From Raillietiella orientalis (lineage: Eukaryota), in assembly GCA_036172245.1 (NCBI GenBank), contig JAYWIR010000010.1:1488001-1552000 (forward strand): a stretch of 64,000 nt of DNA, read 5' to 3'. Numbering within the stretch: the first letter of the stretch is position 1; every line of letters starts with the position of its first letter. Under the pieces are notes generated by a model that saw only the letters and a program-made list of their open reading frames with translations, searched no databases and was not told the origin of the DNA. Position numbers and translations under genes: made by a program. Below, piece by piece: positions 61,414 to 64,000 of this stretch.

Positions 61414-64000
61414 CGAAGTTTGAAGGGGTGCTCGCTGACTCAGCTGGAGTTCGCGCGGGTCGTGGATCCGCGAAGCCCCCGCAGGGATGTTTCCGCGTCG
61501 TTCCTTTTGGATCCGAGGCTTCCGCTCACGGGATGGCCTTCCGCGCACCGCCTATCGTCCGTAGAGCCGGGACGCTCACGAGCGTCGCGGTGGCCGGCGT
61601 CCTTGGCTGCCGTTGCCTGCCTGCGAGGACTATGGAAAAGTCCCTTGGGTGCGTTGCAGTCTGTCGCCATGGGCAACGCGCCTGTCTTCCAGTCCGTGAG
61701 CTTCCCCCGCTCGCTACGGGAGCCGCGCTCTCGCGGGCAAGCAGCCGCCGCCAGGGGTCCCGCTCGCGCCCTCTTCCGTCCCAGGCCCCTTTCCGAGGCG
61801 ATCGATCCAACCTCTCCGGCACTGGCGCTTCTCGTCCTCGGCTGGCGCCGAGCGGCGTCGCGCCGTAGCATCTGCGCCGCCATCTCTGTCTCTCATCTAT
61901 CTCCAGCGCCTGGCGTGGGCGTCCGGGACAGGCGCTCTAGACACGGATGCATCTGCTGCTACTGGGGGCAAGGGAGGAAGGGAAAGGAGGAAGGGAGACC
62001 GCGCCGCCTCTCCCGTTCCTCCGCGGGCCCGGACGCGTACCCGCCTCCTAGAGCCCCCACCCTCCGTTCGCCGGGGGGGCAGAGACGGGGGGACGAAGCG
62101 TCCCGATCGCTCCCTCCTTCGGGATGCGCGCCCCCAGAGATCCTGCAGAACGGAGGTCGACGTCGCCAAGGCGGGAAAGCGCGGAGCGCATCCGGAAAAA
62201 GAGGGAAGAGCTTCCCACTTCTTCCCGAAGGAATTTCCGGATTCTCACCTCCCCCTCTCATCTCGATGCCGGGCGTCCTCCGAGTTCTTCCTGCCTTTCG
62301 CGAGCGCGCTTCAGATACCTCCTCCCCTTCCTCCGTTTCCTCCTCTTCCTTCCACCTCCTTTCTTGCGGCAGGGAGCCAAGCATTTTCCTCCCCCTCCCC
62401 CCCCCTCCGCCGAAATCCGGGAGGCTCCGCCTCCAGCGTTCCAGTGCTCCCCGTCGTCCCCGGCCAGAAGGAAGCGCGTCCCGCCGTGCTCAGGTAAGGA
62501 AGGGATCCGATGCCATCCATCCGGAGAGAGTGACAATCGGGAGGGCGCGGGGATCCCAGGAGAGAGGCGGGATGGGGACGGTGAGAGGGAACCTTCTGCT
62601 TCCCCACTCGCCCCTTGGTTCCGTTGGCCGAGGGTCACGGCTCCCATCCTCCGAAGCCCCTCCCCTGTTCTGCCTCTCCGGGGGACCACCTTCCAAGGGA
62701 GATCCGACGGCAACTTCCACCCGCAGGGATGCTCGCGTTCCCTATTCTTCCGGGAGGGTCGATGGGCGGCAGCCGGGGAGCCGCCGCTTCCCTGGCATCT
62801 GCCCTCCCGAAACCAACTGGCGCCGCCGTCCTCTTCGCCGCAGGGGCAGCTGTCCCCGCCCTTGAGGACGACGGGGAAGAGCGCATGCAAGGTCCACCTC
62901 GGGGGCAGCTCCAACCTTCCCTTCTTGCAGACTGTGGAAGCCGGAGACAGGAGAGGAACTGCATGGAACGCACCCTCGGGACTCCGGGAAATGGGTGAGG
63001 GGGGGGGGGGCGGGAGTCCTGGCGTCTGCCGAGTTCACCCCCGAAGCTCGTGGCACCGGGTCAACGCAAAGGCCGCGCTTGGTCCCCCCCCCCCCCTTGC
63101 CCTCATAGGCGAGGCCCGCTGCGAGCGGTGAACAGACTCGTCCTGCTGCTCCGCTTCCGAGAGCACCCTCTTCCTGCAACCCGACCGCGTATTCCCTATG
63201 GTAACTGGGAGCGCCACTGTAGCGCCAGAGGATGCAGCTCGATGGGAAAGCAGCCGAGAAAGGATGGGGGCGGGGAAGAGGAAGGGAAGGAAAGAAGGAG
63301 GAAATCGATTCCTTGTTGCATTTCCTCCCTCCCCTTTCCCGAACTCGGCTCGAAGGGAAAGGATGGTGGAAGCGGCCAGGCATCTGCTGGTGTCTTCGCT
63401 CTCGCCCCGAGCCGCCCCTTGCGACAGCGCGGGAGAGTCACGTATTGGTGCCGCCGCGCCCTTCCTCTCGCACTTTCAAGGAGGGCGGAGGAAGGAGGGA
63501 CACGAAGATGGGGGACGGGGTCAGGTTCCCGTCTGTCTCTGCCTCAAGGAACGGAGAGGAAGGAGGACAGGGGAAAATGCCCGAGGCTTGCGGCGCCTCG
63601 ACCCGAAGACTCGCCGAGTTGAGGCAGTGGCACCTTCCAGGGGGACATGCGCGCACTCCTCGGCCCTTTCCTCTTCCTGACAGGCGGGGTCCTCGGCACT
63701 CGCTAGGGTCGCAGGAGATCGCGGCTGTCTCCCCCCCCCCCCTTTCCTTCCCCGGGTGGAGGTGCAGAGTCCGGGATCGCGCCGCGCCCCGGGAGGCAGT
63801 TCGGTCAGGGAGCCGAGAGTCGAGCCATGAGTGGGACGGGGGCGCGAGCATTTGGCGTACCTCTGCGGTGCTCACTTCCTCCTCCACTTTCGTTCTGACA
63901 AGGAGACCCCCACGTGCGCGCGTTCCCACCGGAGCATCGGGCAACACTCCCTCGAGAAGGCCCGCGCGTTCCGCACCCAACCCGTAGAAGGCGGCACGTC

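Noticed and set aside
61420..62865. 481-aa ORF after the tRNA
   Set aside because: Arg/Pro/Ser/Gly-rich translation of GC-rich DNA with long overlapping ORFs in several frames and no domain motif.

Overview
Eukaryotic, most likely arthropod/crustacean, genomic DNA with GT-AG introns and abundant repeat relics; there is no prokaryotic operon or CRISPR structure. Best-supported features: (i) a multi-exon, bedraggled-like orphan SLC6 transporter gene (+, about 22.6/23.4-28.1 kb); (ii) an intact tRNA-Arg(TCG) at 61327-61399; (iii) a 1.15-kb coding exon for an acidic, repeat-containing protein with a hydrophobic segment and an RRRRS motif (41937-43081). A near-identical 961-bp inverted repeat (12787-13747 / 30499-31459) brackets a GC-rich 18.7-kb block that contains the SLC6 gene. 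Also present are three copies of an apparent tRNA-derived, A-tailed SINE with internal CCCTTCGG subrepeats, three 5'-only U2 snRNA fragments (one just upstream of an L1/Tx1-type LINE 3' end), two tandem, heavily decayed 28S rRNA-like segments, and several perfect palindromes. Most ORFs in the supplied track are spurious GC-rich frames. All homology calls are by eye from remembered motifs and need confirmation by search.
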